The notes beneath the pieces were generated by a model. That model did no database searches, was not told the origin of the DNA, and was given only the letters and a program-made list of their open reading frames with translations. A program made the position numbers and the translations under genes. 64,000 nucleotides of DNA from Octopus sinensis (Eukaryota), in the NCBI RefSeq assembly GCF_006345805.1, contig NC_043011.1, positions 11,532,001-11,596,000 on the forward strand, written 5' to 3'. Positions 63,301-64,000 of the stretch are shown piece after piece. The number at the start of each line of letters is the position of its first letter. Position 1 is the first letter of the stretch.

Positions 63301-64000
63301 GTCAGGGATACCCAATTGTTAAGAGGCTTAACCAGCCTTCATATCCTTAATTGCCTTATCTCTTGTACTGCTATCAATTCTGATGGCTGGTCCCTCAATT
63401 GGCTTGATATCTGAAAGACTCTCCTCCACCCAATCATTCCCCACATTTAATAACCTTTCATAATGACATATATGTATGTATGCATGTATTTGTGTGTATA
63501 TGTGTGTATATATGTATGTATGTATATATATAGTTGGTCACTTTCGAGTGCTACTGGTAACATGTAACCCAGTACAACCTGTTGCATGGTTGGGCCATCG
63601 GTGTCTAAACCGGCAACCCCACCAAGCTTGCTTGGTGAGGAGGGTGTTTATTGGACACCCTGCGGGATGAAAAACAAAACCTGTCAAAGGGCAGAGGAAC
63701 TCTTGAGAGTCAATGGCCATCCAATAAATGTGTATTTTTTTTTCAGGCTTAAGGCTATATCATACGCGGGGACATCATGTATGTATGTATATATACATAT
63801 AGTTGGAAGAGACATCTGACCCTTTTCCGGTCAGGGCAAGTTTAAGAAACTACCCTTTAAAATGCGACGAGCTGGGTTTGTCGATCAGTTGGCCTGGGTT
63901 GGTCAGTTCTGCCTGAGACAGAAAAAGGGCCGGAAAAGAGTCAGTTGGCAAAAGACAGCAGTCGATACGGATGGTCAGCCAAGAAGGTGGTGATGGCGAG

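Noticed and set aside
63800-64000. Possible LTR or TE start at the right window edge
   Set aside because: Truncated by the window edge; no second terminus, PBS or ORF to confirm

Overview
AT-rich, repeat-dense eukaryotic DNA. The SINE, LINE and MITE families look like those of an octopus genome (inference from recognising the repeats, not a database search). The only host gene I can support is CHMP3/VPS24 (ESCRT-III) on the minus strand. Coding exons 1-4 (45, 61, 180 and 122 nt; 136 aa, MGLFGKTPQRSPKES...EMSKEMMK) are spread over about 54.7 kb with canonical GT-AG introns of 26.5, 5.9 and 21.9 kb; the remaining exons must lie left of base 1. A CpG-rich promoter with ETS-NRF1-ETS-like motifs lies just upstream of the ATG. 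Most of the rest is transposon debris: several tRNA-derived SINE families, RTE LINE fragments and many copies of their 3' ends, Tc1/mariner relics, piggyBac-type and other MITEs, non-autonomous Helitrons, a Gypsy gag-protease relic, a decayed near-full-length Penelope-like element and a Sola3-like transposase relic. The strongest leads are (i) a 170-bp tandem/dispersed repeat carrying a minimal type-I hammerhead-like fold with a shared non-canonical core (retrozyme/Penelope-like), (ii) a reconstructable 1.9-kb staggered-break inversion in intron 2 with about 314-bp near-identical inverted arms that splits one retroelement copy, (iii) the Sola3-like transposase relic, and (iv) an isolated 129-nt hairpin in intron 1. 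Repeat boundaries are approximate unless TSD or TIR positions are stated. No computation or database search was run.
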